Assembly (NCBI GenBank): GCA_013239625.1
Contig: MU054391.1
Coordinates: forward strand, 2,447,130 to 2,511,129
Reading direction: 5' to 3'
Source of the DNA: Lama guanicoe
Lineage: Eukaryota
DNA length: 64,000 bases
Shown: positions 1 to 13,285 of the stretch, one piece after another
How the letters are laid out: each line of letters begins with the position of its first letter
How positions within the stretch are numbered: position 1 is the first letter of the stretch
Position numbers and translations under genes: made by a program
Notes under the pieces: generated by a model
Seen by the model: only the letters and a program-made list of their open reading frames with translations
Database searches by the model: none
Told to the model about the DNA's origin: nothing

Positions 1-1201
1 GAAAACAGAACTCTGGTTAAAGGAAGCAGAGGCCATTGACACGCAACTTTTAGACTCAACACACCCACACATAATGCCATTTGAGGGGTCTTCATGTCTG
101 TGGCAGACAAGATCAAAAGAAGTGTCAGCTAGAAAATCAAAAACAAAAGACACCTTCAGAACAGAGTCAGATGCTCTGAGTCACCAAACGGGCACATTTT
201 GCTACGAGATGACATCAGAACTCATTAAATACCTTCCTGACTCAATATTCAAAAAAAACTTGTCTTAGCACAGAAATCAGAGAGATCTGGCACCGGCCAC
301 TGCTCTGCTGGCACAGCGAAACTGGGACGGGTCCGAGGGAACGCAGAGCTGCCCCTGCCTCTGCCTTCACAAGGAATCGGGGACGGAGGCTTCCCTGTGA
401 CTCTGCCACTGACCGGCTGTGTGAAACTGCTGTCTGCCTTTAGTCACAGCTTTGCTGCAAACCAGCGACAAGTCACCTTAGAGCCTGACGCTCTGAACTT
501 GAATCATCAAGTCAGGAGGAGGGTTTCTCCCACAAACTCTCTGTGCAGCAGGATGAAACCTATCGTATGGCTAAGTCATGGACATCAAATGCTAGGAGGG
601 AGACACCCCTGGGCTCCTCAGGTGGTGGGGAGGAGGGAGAGTGAGGTGGGAGGCCAGGGGAAGGAGAGCGAGGCTAGGGTCTTCGCAAGTCTAAGAGAAT
701 AAGACCCGGAGAGGCGCTCAGTAACCCAGGGCAGATGGCTGTCATTTGTGTTTTCCTGGCCTCCGTCATGTCGGGGTATGGGAAGCATTCAGAGCAGACT
801 AAGTGGCTAGAACTCAGGGGCATGCCCAGTCCACGTCTGGGTGCCTGTTAGCACATGCATTCAAAGCTCAAACATTTCCCCGGGGAAAAGCATCTTATTC
901 ACTGGTGGTGCACAAGCTGGGAGGTGGCTGGAACGAGAGCATTTTAAATGAGTGAACCTAGAGGTGAGAATCGCAGATTCAATGTGCCCTCGAGACAGAG
1001 AATAAATAACAACTTTAATCGGCTTTAACTGAGGGTCAGAAGCCCCGCGGCTTCTGTGCGCACATTTAGGGCCTTGGTCTTACCCAACCCAGTTGCGGGC
1101 TCATCCCTACCCTGCTGAAGTGTGTGGCTGCTTTTCCCCGAGTCCCTGAGCGACGCGGGAGCAGCAGACATGAGTGGGTTTTAGGCCCCGTGGACCTAAG
1201 G

Positions 1202-1345
1202 CAGCGGCTCGTAACTCAGGATGCATCTGAAAGTCACTCAGCGCCCGCGCCTGGGCCACACACCCAGAGATTCGGAGTCAGTTGGCCTGGGGTGGGGCCC
1301 AGACATTTGCAATTATTTTTAAAGTTCCCCCATGATTATAAAAAT
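1202..1345. mobile_element. MER5-type hAT-Charlie DNA transposon remnant
   Basis: Contains gcctgggccacacacccagagattcggagtcagttggcctggggtggggcccagacatttgca...aaagttcccccatgatt, the typical MER5 core, with a cagcgg terminal motif. Confidence 0.7.
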
Positions 1346-1462
1346 CTAAAGGCTCATCGTAAGGCTCTTGGCCTGAGGCAGCTGGAAGCACGGACCGCCT
1401 GAGCTTTGGACGTAGTCCTGGTTTACCATGTAAGTGCTGAAGCGTGGATCTGTCCTGCTGTC

Positions 1463-2450
1463 TCAGCAAATATTTATTCATAAGAGAACAGTGCTCCAGA
1501 TGCTATTCTAGACACTACCAAGCTAGCGATAAGATAAAAGAAAAAAATACATTAGTGTAGCCAAGCTTAGATTACATCACGGGATGCAGACAATAAGCCA
1601 ACAGCATGATTCCCAAATGTTACAAAGTGATACTGTCATTAAAAAAAAAAAAAAAGAACAAAGTGAGTGGACTTGAGATTGCAGAAGGGAAGGAAGCAGA
1701 TTTCAGTGTTAGCACAAATCATATTAGCCCTCAGTAAAAGCAAGACATCTGAGAAAAGTCTTGGAATTGGTAATGAAAGGAAGAATATTCCAGCTGGAGG
1801 TAACAGCTGGTCCGAGTGCCCTAAGACTGGGTTTGACAGGTGAGCTCAAGATATGCGAAGGGGGCCCGTGATGCTCGAGCAGGATGAATGAGGTGGGAAA
1901 AAATACAAGCTAAGTCTGGAAAGGTGAGGGGAACCACACTCATCATAAAAGGCCGTGCCATTGTAAGAACGTTGGTTTTCACTGGGTGAAACGGAAATCC
2001 GAGAGAGGTTCTGAGTCAAGGTCGTCCCACATGGTCTGCCTTTGGCCGTTACAGTGAGCCTGAGGTATGATGGAGACATAGACGTGAGCTTGGTTAGCGG
2101 ACGAGGGCAGGTCCCTGGGCTGGAGGTGGATGGTGTCCTGGACCATCGTCTCAGAAGCAGAGGGGGAGCTGAGTGGTCAAATTCTGCATCCACTTAGACA
2201 CTGGAGACCGCAGTACACCGGAGATTAACGCGGAGAGGCGGGAGGGTAAAAGCTGGCTCTGAGCTTTGCTCTGGGGCTAAGCCAGCTGGAGGGCTGTGTT
2301 GCCTTCAACAGAGAGGGATGTTTGCCACTGAAATGGGTTTGTGGGGAGAGTGTGAGTTCATTTAATGTTACGCTGAGTTTGAGATGTTCATTAGACAAGT
2401 GAGAAGCCAAGTCACGTTGGATGCACGCATGTAGAGATGAGGAAAGGAGT
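1463..2450 (-). mobile_element. LINE-2 remnant (3' region)
   Basis: Starts with tcagcaaatatttatt (reverse of the L2 3' end), followed by L2-like blocks aatattccagctggaggtaacagc...gccctaagactggg and gagttcattt...gctgagtttgagatg. Confidence 0.6.
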
Positions 2451-2954
2451 CTGGGAGTCCGGGGGCCACGAGCACAGAGGCAGCACTGACAGTACGGCAG
2501 TGGCACAGTGCTGCCTTCGGTGTCTTTTTCCTCCTCTTCCCCCGCTGGAAGCAGTGCCGTTCTGGAGGGCGGGGCTTTTTGTCGTTGGCACATTGTATCC
2601 TGTAATGATTAACTCAGGTATCACTCTAGGCAGACTGTTTGCTAATGTGTGTATCTACCTGTCCATCCCCGAAGCGTAAGCCTTAATAAATACTCAGTGA
2701 CTGTTTTAGGGTCGTGTCTATGACCTCACAGTCATTAGAATCTAGGGTCCTGTCACTCATTCAACTCTCTAGTCAGACCCAAACACACGGAAGTGACTGA
2801 GAGCATTATTTCTACGTCAAACGCACATTTTTGGTTAGCTGGTGGATAATAGTTCTTAATCACGGCAGAGAAAAAACTGGAATAAACAGGTAAAATTCTT
2901 CTGAAAACATGGTAGGCATATAATTACAAACTCCAGAGGGAAAGCCATGCTTCC

Positions 2955-3372
2955 TGCGTTAGTTTCCTGTGGCTGCTGTAACTAAGCACCAGAAACTCAG
3001 TGGTGCAAGCGGCAGAACGTCATTCTTCCACGGTTCTGAAAGGCGGAGCCCACAGTCGCGGGCAGGCGGGGCTGGGAGGGTCTTTCTTGACTTTTCCAGC
3101 TTCTGGTGTCTCCAGCCGCTCCCTGGTTCGTGGTCACGTTACTTTAACCTCTGCCACCATCTTCACCTGGCCTCTTCCCTGTCTCTCTGTCTTCTCCTCT
3201 CCTACCCTCAAGGACACGGGTCACTGGGGCTACGGCCACCCTAAGCCCACCATGATCACAGCTTGAGGCCCCCAGATTAGTCACGTCCACAGAGATCTGT
3301 TTCCAAATAAGGTCACATTCTGAGGTTCCAAGTGAACTTGAAGGTTTAGGGGACAGTCTTCAACTGACTATG
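2955..3372 (-). mobile_element. MLT1 (ERVL-MaLR) solo LTR
   Basis: ttagtttcctgtggctgctgtaactaagcaccagaaactcagtgg at one end and tttccaaataaggtcacattctgaggttcca...ggggacagtcttcaact at the other match reverse-complemented MLT1C/D termini. Confidence 0.85.
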
Positions 3373-6300
3373 CTTTCTAACCAGCATTCCTCCTGTTCTA
3401 AGAAAGCAGTAAGTTATTTAAATAAAGACACATGGGCAGCATTTTTATCTGGCGTTATTTGTGACAGCAACAAGGAGGAAAGCGTTCTAAACATTTTAAA
3501 AGAAAGTAGGTAGCACATATGATAACATGGGATGTTATGCAGCATTGAACTCAACGTAGAAAGTTACTTTGTGGCAGGAGCAATTGCCCAGGATACTTCA
3601 AAAAAGATGCCAATTTATATGTACATTATAGCTGCTTTGGGGGGGAAATACTTCACTATATGGAAACGAACTTTTTTTTCCCTGAAACTTTTTTCCTAAA
3701 ATGTTTTTCCAAAGAAACTGAAAAGGTTACCCAGCTGCATTTAATAAAAATCACTGGCTGTGGAGATTATAAGTGGTACTTTTAACACTTATTTTTATAC
3801 TTATTCGAATAATCTAAATTCTTTAGAAAGAGCATCCTTTATTTATATTTTGAGAAAAAAAATTACAACTGTCAAAAAAGAAATCTAACAAAAAACAACC
3901 TAAGGTGGGACACTAAAATGAAAGAGAAAGATAATTGCCCTGCTCCTGTGGAATTTTGGAATGTGACTACTCGCTTAATCAATATACATAATTTATTCAT
4001 CTAGACTCTTAAATGAAACAAATTCATGATAAAGAATACTGAATAGAAGAATAAAAAAATGAATTACTATGAAAGTAAGAAATGGCCACCTTTTAATGTG
4101 TTTTAATATCGAATAATTGCTAAGGAACAAAAATACAAATGATCTTAGAAATTAGCATGAAAGTTGAGGCGTCACAGTATTAGATCCAGTCTTAAGTGAC
4201 AAGCATGCACCCCAGTCACTTTTCTCTAGTCCCCTGAGCCTCGTTCAGGTGTGGGTACACCGAAGGAACGCTACGAGCATTCATTACTCATTCACTGAAT
4301 TACTCCCAGGAGTCTTAATCGATAATCAACTGTATTTTCAACGATCACTCTTACAGAGACTGAAGTCTCTTATAACTGACCATTCTAGAAGAACTGGCAC
4401 AAAGCCCTGTCTAACGCCCTCGCTTTTTGCAGTAAGCCACCAGACAAACCAGCCATGGTCCGGGCCGCCCCACCCCGCCCCGTCCTCACCCTAGCGTGCT
4501 GCGCGTCTGGGGCACTGAAGGGCTTCAGGCTCCCCGGGCAGAGAGCTGGCTTGGAGGATGCTGATATTCTGGCTTTTGCTCCAGTGTGACTGACAGTTGG
4601 TTCTGGGTTGTGGTTGTGAGGCGGCTTTATAAATCAGCTTATGTTCTTTACGCTAAACTCAGAGAAACACATATGTCACGTGGGGTTGATCACTGCAGGG
4701 ATTCTATTCCTCGGGGAGCAGAAAAGTGCACAGGGATCTCCTCAGTAACCCTCATTCCAAACAAACAAACAAAAAAAGCAGTGGGGAAAGACCCCATAAA
4801 GTTCTGCCTCGCCCTGCAAGACAGAATTCAGGATGGAGTTAAAGGCAGAATCTCAAGAGGACCTTTCTTCATCACACAATTCAATTAATTCTCAAAAAGA
4901 ATAATCTGAAACCAACAAAGGCTACTGCAACCCCACACGACGATATGGGTGGATCTGCTGTGATACAACCAAGAACCGGTGGAGAGAGACAGGGAACCTT
5001 ACTGGAAAGTGAGGGGAAATGATCTGAGCTGTTGACGGACAGCAGGACGTGCGCTCTGCTGACTGGACAGCAGTGGGCAGGTGGGGGTGGTTCAAAACTT
5101 CGTCCAGGAGCATCTGAGGGAGACCCAGGAGGATGAAGAGAGGGCCCCAGGCACACTCTAAAGACTGGCTGTGAGAGTCTGCTCTGTCTCCACGTGGCCC
5201 TGCTCCCCTGGCCAAACCCGTGAAGCCCTGAGAGCTGCAACCTTCTCATCCTAAAACCCGGAAACAGCACATACCCAGCCCAGTTCCCCACAGAGGATGC
5301 TATGAAAATCCAAATGAGATACACCAGGAAACGCCTTACAGACTCTAATTTCCCTACACAGCCTGTCAATCTTTTTCGCATGAGGAAAGAAACGAATGAA
5401 ATGAGGCGATGCTAAAATATCTTGATCTTTGTTAGCCAGAGGTCAAGGGCTTGTACAGAGGAGTTACCGGATGCCCGAGAAATCACCCTCGTGACTTCAG
5501 CCTGCTTTTGCTGACTTCACAGTAGTCAGGTCTGCTGCTGAAGACTGAACCCTGCTTAGGGAAAAGCTGCCAGAGAGTGCCTTGGTCCTAGCTGCCCTAA
5601 GAGCGTCCTGGCACTTGTTCATGGGCAGAAATCTGGGTGAAGAAAACACAGCGCCGATGGCACACGCCGTAGGAGAGAGGGGAACGCTAGGAGCAGGTGC
5701 TTTCACCCGCGCGTTCACCAGCTGTCCATAGATCTCTCACCCCCATCCCTTCAGCCAGAAGCTCTGAAGAGGAAAAGCATCACCCCCCTGTGTTTCCCCC
5801 GGGGATATCTGCAGAAAGTCAGCTGTATTCTGGCAGCCCCCGTCTTCTTGGTGTTTATTCTCTGTAAGGGCTGCAGTGAAAGCTGAGGTCTCCCCGGGTG
5901 TGTGTGCTCTTACTGGGACCTGCTTCTCCAGGGCTACGGGATCCCAACTTCCAGAAATAGAGGTCCAATGAGAACCCTTAAGAGGGAAGGGAAAGAGAAA
6001 GGGAGAGAGGATCTTCGAGTGGAAAAGCATTATTACGTCTGGGAATCAGATCATTAAAGCCAAATACAGTCTGACAATGGCTTTTGTGAGGTGCAGGAGC
6101 CGCTGTGTGTTTCTGGGCGCATCACCCAACATCATACGTGTGCTTGGCCTCTGCAGACAACGGGCTTTTCATTTATTTAGTCATTCAAACTTCCATTCAC
6201 ATCTGCATGATCCCAGAAAACACGGAGCATGTAGGCTACTAAGAAAACTGAGGTAAGGTGGTAACGAAACCCTGCCTTCATCTTCACGTGTCTGTTAAGC

Positions 6301-7554
6301 ACACAGGACTGCAGCTCCCACTGTGTGCTTGTTGCTGCGACTTGTCAGTAACTTGATGGCTGTAAATTTACCAAATTAATTAAATGATTTCATCCTCTTA
6401 CACAATGAGTTTACTTCAGAAGGACTTCTTAGAGATAATCTTCTTTTTTTTTTAATGCTCTGCGTCTCACCTTCCTGAATTTCTTCTGTAGGTGCTTCTT
6501 TGAGGAGTGTACTATGCTTTGGAAAAAAATTGGACTGGTGACTAATTCAAGAGAAGAACTCAGGACTTGAGATGAAAAGCGTCCCATGGAAGTGTGATCA
6601 GGGTGCGTTTTTCCTCCTACTCCCCATTAAATGTGATTTGCAACTCAGAGTTATGCCCCTTTATGATCAAGAAAAGTCTCCATTGTCCCTGATGCACAGG
6701 GGTGCTGATGCATTGATTTTCTCTGACTGGGGATCTGGTAAAGTCACAGTCGATCCTGGCGTAGTCAAAGGGCCTGGCTTCTCTAAGCTGCCATCGATAG
6801 ACACTGAGCCCTAAGGACATGGCCGCTCCCCGCCCGAGCTGGCTTCCTCACCAGCAGACTCTGGGCGGTCCCCGGGGCACCTCTCAGTCTCAATTCCCTT
6901 CCTGAGAATGGAAAAGAAAAAAAAAAATTAATTGGTTCAATCCCTCCATTAAAAAAAAAAGGGAAAAAAAACTATTAGCGTGCTTTAGAGATTTAAACTC
7001 TAAAATATTATAATTCTGTAAATATGTTGAAAGTTAGAAGTTGCCAAGTCTTTCCCCTGTCTCAGTTAGGAGTGTATTTTCCTGGGAATGACTCTGAAGT
7101 CTGATAAAACACCTGTCTCAGGTCCAAGCACATCACCTTGACCCGCCTTACCTTTCCACAGGAACTGATGAAGAAAACTAAAAACTGCCCGGGTCCAGAC
7201 AAGACTGGCACAGGGATGCTCAGGGTGTTAAGACAAGAGGCTCGATCACGCTGGTAGTTCGATGTGGGGAGATGGTCAGGCATCAGAACACAAAAGCAAA
7301 TCCAGATGCCAGTTCAATGAGGTCGTGTGAACCACTGTGCAGTGGATCGGGGCCCCGATGTGAAAGGCACCGCTGGTCCCATGCAGGTCTGGCCCAGGCG
7401 TCTGGCAGCCACTTCCATCAGAAGACCTTTACTAGAGAACGGCCTACTGTCTAGGCTTAAAAATAAGAAAGGCAAAATCATTTAAAAATCGAATTTATAA
7501 AAACATGCAATTTTATATGAAATTAACCAAATTAATCAAATTAAAGCAGAGAAA

Positions 7555-7990
7555 AGTTAACATACAAAGAACTCATGCAACATTATATGAAAACCACCAA
7601 AGCCTCAAAAAATGGGCAAAAGCTCTGAACAGAGGATTCAAAGAAGTGAGGCTGGTTCTCACAAATGCTCACTTGTGCCAGAAATCAGGGAATTGCATGT
7701 TTGCTTATCAAATCAGAATACCCTGATACACACAGACACACGCACAGGTACATGATAAAGGTTCGACACAATAAAATGGGCCTAACCACTCACTGCTGGG
7801 GAAGCACGAAGCTAGTTAGTTTATTTGATAACAATTTGGCGACGTATGTCGGCGACATGCAGATACAAAAACCATCATCATGAATGGACTCAAAAAATGC
7901 CCGTAGGAAATATATACTATTAACAGTGATTTCTGTGTTTTGTAGTGTTATATATAGTTTAAAATAACTTTTTTACTTTATATTTTTCCA
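7555..7990 (+). mobile_element. Old LINE-1 fragment (ORF2 C-terminal region and 3' end)
   Basis: ORF 7505..7726 includes KKWAKALNR, like L1 ORF2 KKWAKDMNR; downstream cactgctggggaag...aacaatttggc is L1-like. Confidence 0.65.
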
Positions 7991-10900
7991 TTTGTAAGAG
8001 AAATGGCATGACTTTTATTTGTAAAAACATGAACAAACTCCCTTGCATACTTCCTGCACATGACCCGTCCATGGTAGTCTGACCCAGTTTATGTGGTCTG
8101 GGTAAAGTTCATTCCTAAAGTAAAGTTTTAAGAATCAGAATGCCACTTTGATATTGAAATGGGTCCCTGCCTTGGAAGGTGTTAATACTTAATAGTGGGC
8201 CTTAGGGAAATACAACTGGTTCCTCTAAGACATCTTTCAAAATAGGATTTAAAATAGAATAATGCTGCAAAGACATAATTTACATCATTGCAGTAGAGGT
8301 TTAAAATTGTAATTGGGGTCTGAGTGAGTTTCAAATGCTTAACCAGCAGAAGGCCCGTGGAAGGCAGAGGCATCCCACAGCCAGGGCCCGGCTCTGAGGA
8401 GCAGTTTCACAAAGACCCCGCTGTCCCGAGGAGCCCTCCACCTGCCGGCAGGTGCGCACTCAGCGCCCCTGGCCCGAGAGAGCCACGCAGCGAGCGCTCC
8501 GCAGTCCCCACATCACTGAGACCATCCGGAGCCGCGCCTCCGATCGGAAGTGTCCGCGGATGAAAGAATTTCTCTCCACCTTAAATATGGACTCCAAGCC
8601 TGAAGGCTGCATCCCAGTGATGAACAGGCCTGGACCACACCCCACACACCTGGGAAAGCCAGGCCTCTGGTCTTTAGTGAGTTGGGGCCACTTCCTGTCT
8701 CACAGATTTTTCTCTTTCCCTTCAGTTGCTTTCTTTCATATCCTTTGAATTTTATTCTGGACCCAGAGCCTTTAAAACACATTTTAAAGCAAAAAGAACT
8801 GTCTACACGGGAGCAAATCAAAACCAAGCCACAGAAGCTGAGTGTCCTCAGCAGAAAGCAAAACTTTCTGCTCCCCAGGACTCAGGTTTTATGCTCGAGT
8901 TTTTTCTTGTCATTTGCCCATGATTGACAGGCAACAGGATTTAAAACGCAGAGCCATCTGACAGCTGCAGGGCCGTGCTCAGGGGGAAGATAAGAGCCAG
9001 CGTTCTGAAGTCAGGGGCCGGGGCCCAGGCTGCTCCCCAGCCTGCTCACGTGTCCTCACATCCCTGGGAGGAGCAAGGCCCCACCATGGGGCAGAGGCTG
9101 CCTGGTGGCGCCTTTCCATGGGGCATCTGACAGCCGCACAAGGCAAGCTCACCCCATCTCCTGCAGCCGTAGAAACACGGCAGATTGTGGGCCACTGAGC
9201 CACAGGCCACGCAGGCTTTGTAATGCGGCAGTGATCTTGTTTCTCTTATGATTTCATCCATTTAACAATGAGCCAGGGCCACAGAAAAGAACCCCATCCT
9301 CCCAAAACAGACTTTCCTTGGAAACATCCCACTCACTAATTAGAAACCGACATCTACTTATAATCAGCATGGTTTAATTGCTTTAAATAATCTCAGCCTC
9401 TCTTTTAAGAAGCCAAAAAAAAATACAGATAAGATTTCCCTAATCCTACTCAGAACTCATGTGTGTGCAGCCTTGTGGTACCCATTCCAAGTGAAGTGCG
9501 TGAGAACTGGGTGAGAGCCAGGTGAATTCCACTATTTCCGCGTTGATCGTTGCTGCCCTATTTTCTCTCCTTTTGAGGATTAAGAAATTGCACATGTCAA
9601 TTTCACATTCTGAGTACCTGCTTTGACAGCCCAGCTGGGCGCATGTGAGTCTTTACAAATTAATATTTGTTTCAAACAGTCCAAGACACTATCCCTTCTT
9701 AATTTTAAATCAGTTCTCCCAAGTCTGGAAAACCTACAGTTGAACATGGACAGTAATTCATTTATGAACATTCTGTTCAATTAAAAAAAAAATGGGCGAA
9801 ACCAAGAACATTCGTGTTGACAGGTTGCCGGAGGGGGCTGCCCACGAACGACGGTGTGTTTGCAGCCCCTGTAACTGCACGTGCAGCTCAGCACATCCCT
9901 GCTGCCCCCCGGTGGGGGTGGAAGTGGTGAGTAGGAAGCCGTGTGTCCCTAAATCGTCATCACTGCAAACACTGTCCATTACAGCTATTTTATTTGATCC
10001 TACACTTTGTGTGAGAAACGCGCCCCATCTTCGGCAGTTCTGACATAAAACACAACCTCGCCAGTCAGCTCGGGCTGGGGCAGGAGCGCTTTGAAGGCTC
10101 AGCGGGGAGTCCGGGTTTGGCAGAGCTGCCCCGTCATCACCCGCGAGGCACAATGCTGGACTACACCATCTAGAGCCGACTTAAAAAAAGCAAAAAGACT
10201 AGATTCGTTTGTGGAATTGCTCTTCTGCTGAATTTTCCTATGACCAAAATTGTTCACCAGCTACATGGATGTGTACAAATTTAAAAACCACGCTGGCATC
10301 TGGTAAATGTTCCGGAAACACATCTATAGTCTTGGCATTCACCGCTTGTCTTTGCTGAGTTGTCCAGGGAGACACAGCAGGGCAGCTGGGAATCAAGGGC
10401 CCGGGCGAGGTTAGCGATCACACACACGTAGACAGATGTCAATCTGTCTGATGCCCTGATTGTCCAAACACATCTGGCCATCTGACTGTGGACAGCCGTG
10501 CTCCCCTGGAGTGTGGGTTTGTCCTGGCTGTGCCGGAAGAAGAGAGGGCCGAGGGGGCTGAGTGGGTGTGTGTGGGATGGGTGTAAGTGAAGGAGGGAGA
10601 TGAAGACATGCTGTGGACAAGGGACAGGGCTGCGGATCACAGTGTTCCTGGTATTTGGGGTCCGGGAGAGGGTGAGGGAAGATGGCTTGTGCGAGGCACA
10701 ATAGCAAGTAAGCTGGAGGCACGGGAGGCGGAGTCCATCTCCATTTGGCTATTTTTCTTCTATGAAGATTCTTTCTTTATTTTCTTCTTTCCTAAACTGG
10801 GGCTATAGTGTGTTCTAGTCTCTGTGGTGTGTTATATATTAATCCTTCTAAATGTGTTTCTGTCTTATTTTCCGGCAAATGTATGCTGGTTAATTGTCTC

Positions 10901-11854
10901 TTACTTGGCTTTTAATTTTGAAGAAATCATATTTAAATATTATGAAATTAAATAGTATTTTTTGTTGTATCTTAGCAGAGACAAAGTAGCAAGATTAATC
11001 TAATTTCTTCTATAATTCTTCTATGGCTTTTCTTACATGATGACTTGAATCTTCTAAAAAATGTGTGTGTGTGTGTGTCAGTGTGTATTTGGCTAGTTAG
11101 AAAATAGACAAGTTAATTTGCCTGAACTGGTACTAATTAGTTTATTTCCTAACTAGCTGATTTTTTTGGTCCAACAACACTTAAACAATAAGCTCTGACA
11201 TTTTCGAGCTTGTTATACAGCTCTGCCACTAGCCATTCTGGGGCTGTGAGGCCTTGAGCTTTCTAAAACCCATAATATTTAAATGATTAGAACAGCTCTT
11301 TCATTACTAAGAATAAATAGAAATATTGCTCAATAATCTCATTCATTGTTGAACAGCATATAATGGATAGAAATTGTAAGAATTCATAGCAAAATGAGAA
11401 TGACATTTTGAATCATCAGTTATTAAGGATAAACCTACTTTCTAATACAAAAGGAATTAAATCAAAATAGAAGCCATTCAAAGAATCTCTTGTTCCTTCC
11501 TGCTTCTGTCAAGCATGCTTTATAGCTAATGCAGACTTATGTCAACATCCACAGATCAGACAGACAGCAAGATTGTCTGAAACAGAAGCATAGCTGCATC
11601 CCAGCTCAATCCAATAATATTTTATGCATCACCCAAGTTTAAAGCATTTTAAAAAATACCCAAATCATCACTAGCCCAATTTTGACTCCATTTCTGATAT
11701 TTTCTTCAATAAAAATATTTTCATACAATAAAAATTGAGTCAAGCTTTTACAAACTTAATTTAGAAAGTGTCTACAGTAAATAATAAAACTGATTTACCT
11801 GAACCACAAAGTCGAAGAATGTTAGAAAAAGAAGAATATGATGATGAGACACTT

Positions 11855-12090
11855 TTTAAAAACATAATTGTTTCCCAGACACTGTGCAAAATGTGGTGAA
11901 AGTTTCACCTCATTTATTTCCACAACAATCCTGGGAGCTTGGAGCGTTTATCATGCCATTTTAGAATAACAGAAACTCATTTTGGATGGGAAAAGTGGAG
12001 CAAAGAAGAAGTTAAATAAATTGTCCATGGCCTCCCAGTAGAAATAGAATTACAAGGACTTGAATGTAGGTTTCCCTGGTTCCAACATCT
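11855..12090 (-). mobile_element. MIR SINE
   Basis: ccagacactgtgc...ctcatttatttccacaacaatcctggg...ccattttag...gttaaataaattgtccatgg follows the reversed MIR consensus order. Confidence 0.7.
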
Positions 12091-12267
12091 GGGTATTTAA
12101 AGATTGTATTATAGTATTTTATCTATAGTTATGCAAATGAGAAAATTAAGACATTATAATGGCTCTACTCTATAGTAAACAAGTCTTTTAAATGATACAG
12201 AATTTTGTGGATGTACACACACAAAATAGGCTCATAAAATCCATATATAATTAAAACTATGTTATAT

Positions 12268-12269
<2 letters not shown>

Positions 12270-12308
<39 letters not shown>

Positions 12309-12309
12309 T

Positions 12310-12343
<34 letters not shown>

Positions 12344-13128
12344 CTGTTTTACACATGAGCTATCTCATATGGTATTTTTCTTTAACTTTCTGGCTTACTT
12401 CGCTTAGGATGAGGATCTCCAGGGACATCCATGTTGCTGCAAGTGGCATTATGTTGTCATTTTTATGGCTGAATAGTATTCTGTTGTATAAATATACCAC
12501 ATCTTCTTTATTCAGTCATCTGTTGATGGACATTTAGGCTGTCTCCATGTCTTGGCTGTTGTAAATATTGCTGCTATGAACACTGGGGTGCAGGTGTCAT
12601 TTTGGAGCAGGGTTCCTTCTGGATATATGCCCAGGAGCGGGATTCCTGGGTCACATGATAAGTCTATTCCTAGTCTTTTGAGGAATCTCCATACTATTTT
12701 CCACAGTGGCTGCACCAAACTGCATTCCCACCAGCAGTGTAGGAGGGTTCCCCTTTCTCCACAGCCTCTCCAGCATTTGTCATTGGTGGACTTTTGAATG
12801 ACGGCCATTCTGACTGGTGTGAGATGATACCTCATTGTAGTTTTAATTTGCATTTCTCTGATAATTAGTTATATTGAGCATTTTTTTCATGTGCCTGTTG
12901 ATCATTTGTATTTCTTCTTGGAGAATTGCTTGTTTAGTTCTTCTGCCCATTTTTGGATGGGGTTGTTTGCTTTTTCTTATTAAGTTGTATGAGCTGTTTA
13001 TATATTCTGGAGATCAAGCCTTTGTCAGTTTTATTTTCTGCAAAAATTTTCTCCCGTTCTGCAGGTTGTCATTTTGTTTTGCTTATGGTTTCCTTTGCTG
13101 TGCAGAAGCTTGTAAGTTTATTTCGGCC
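12270..13128 (-). mobile_element. Relatively young, 5'-truncated LINE-1 (ORF2 C-terminus), 3' UTR missing
   Basis: ORF 12512..12853 ([17 protein letters not shown]...[19 protein letters not shown]...QPKCPSTDD) is the L1 ORF2 C-terminal CCHC domain. Long T-runs at 12270-12343. Confidence 0.95.
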
Positions 13129-13285
13129 CCACAACCGCTCTGTGAAGCAGATTTTACCTTTCTCTCCAGGTTACAGGTGAGGAACGCCCTTTGCAGGTCA
13201 GGGCATTTGTCCAAGGCTACTCGCTGTGAGAGGCCAAGCTCTCATTCAAATCTAGTCCCTCTGGAATTCCAGCTGAACCCTCAGC
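13129..13285 (-). mobile_element. MIR SINE fragment abutting the L1
   Basis: cacaaccgctctgtgaagcag...ttacaggtgaggaa...ggtcagggcatttgtccaaggctactc, the MIR core. Confidence 0.65.

Noticed and set aside
12512..12853. 113-aa ORF with a CCHC motif as a host gene
   Set aside because: It is the C-terminus of L1 ORF2 in a truncated element; the same applies to 57849..58040 and 22309..22617.
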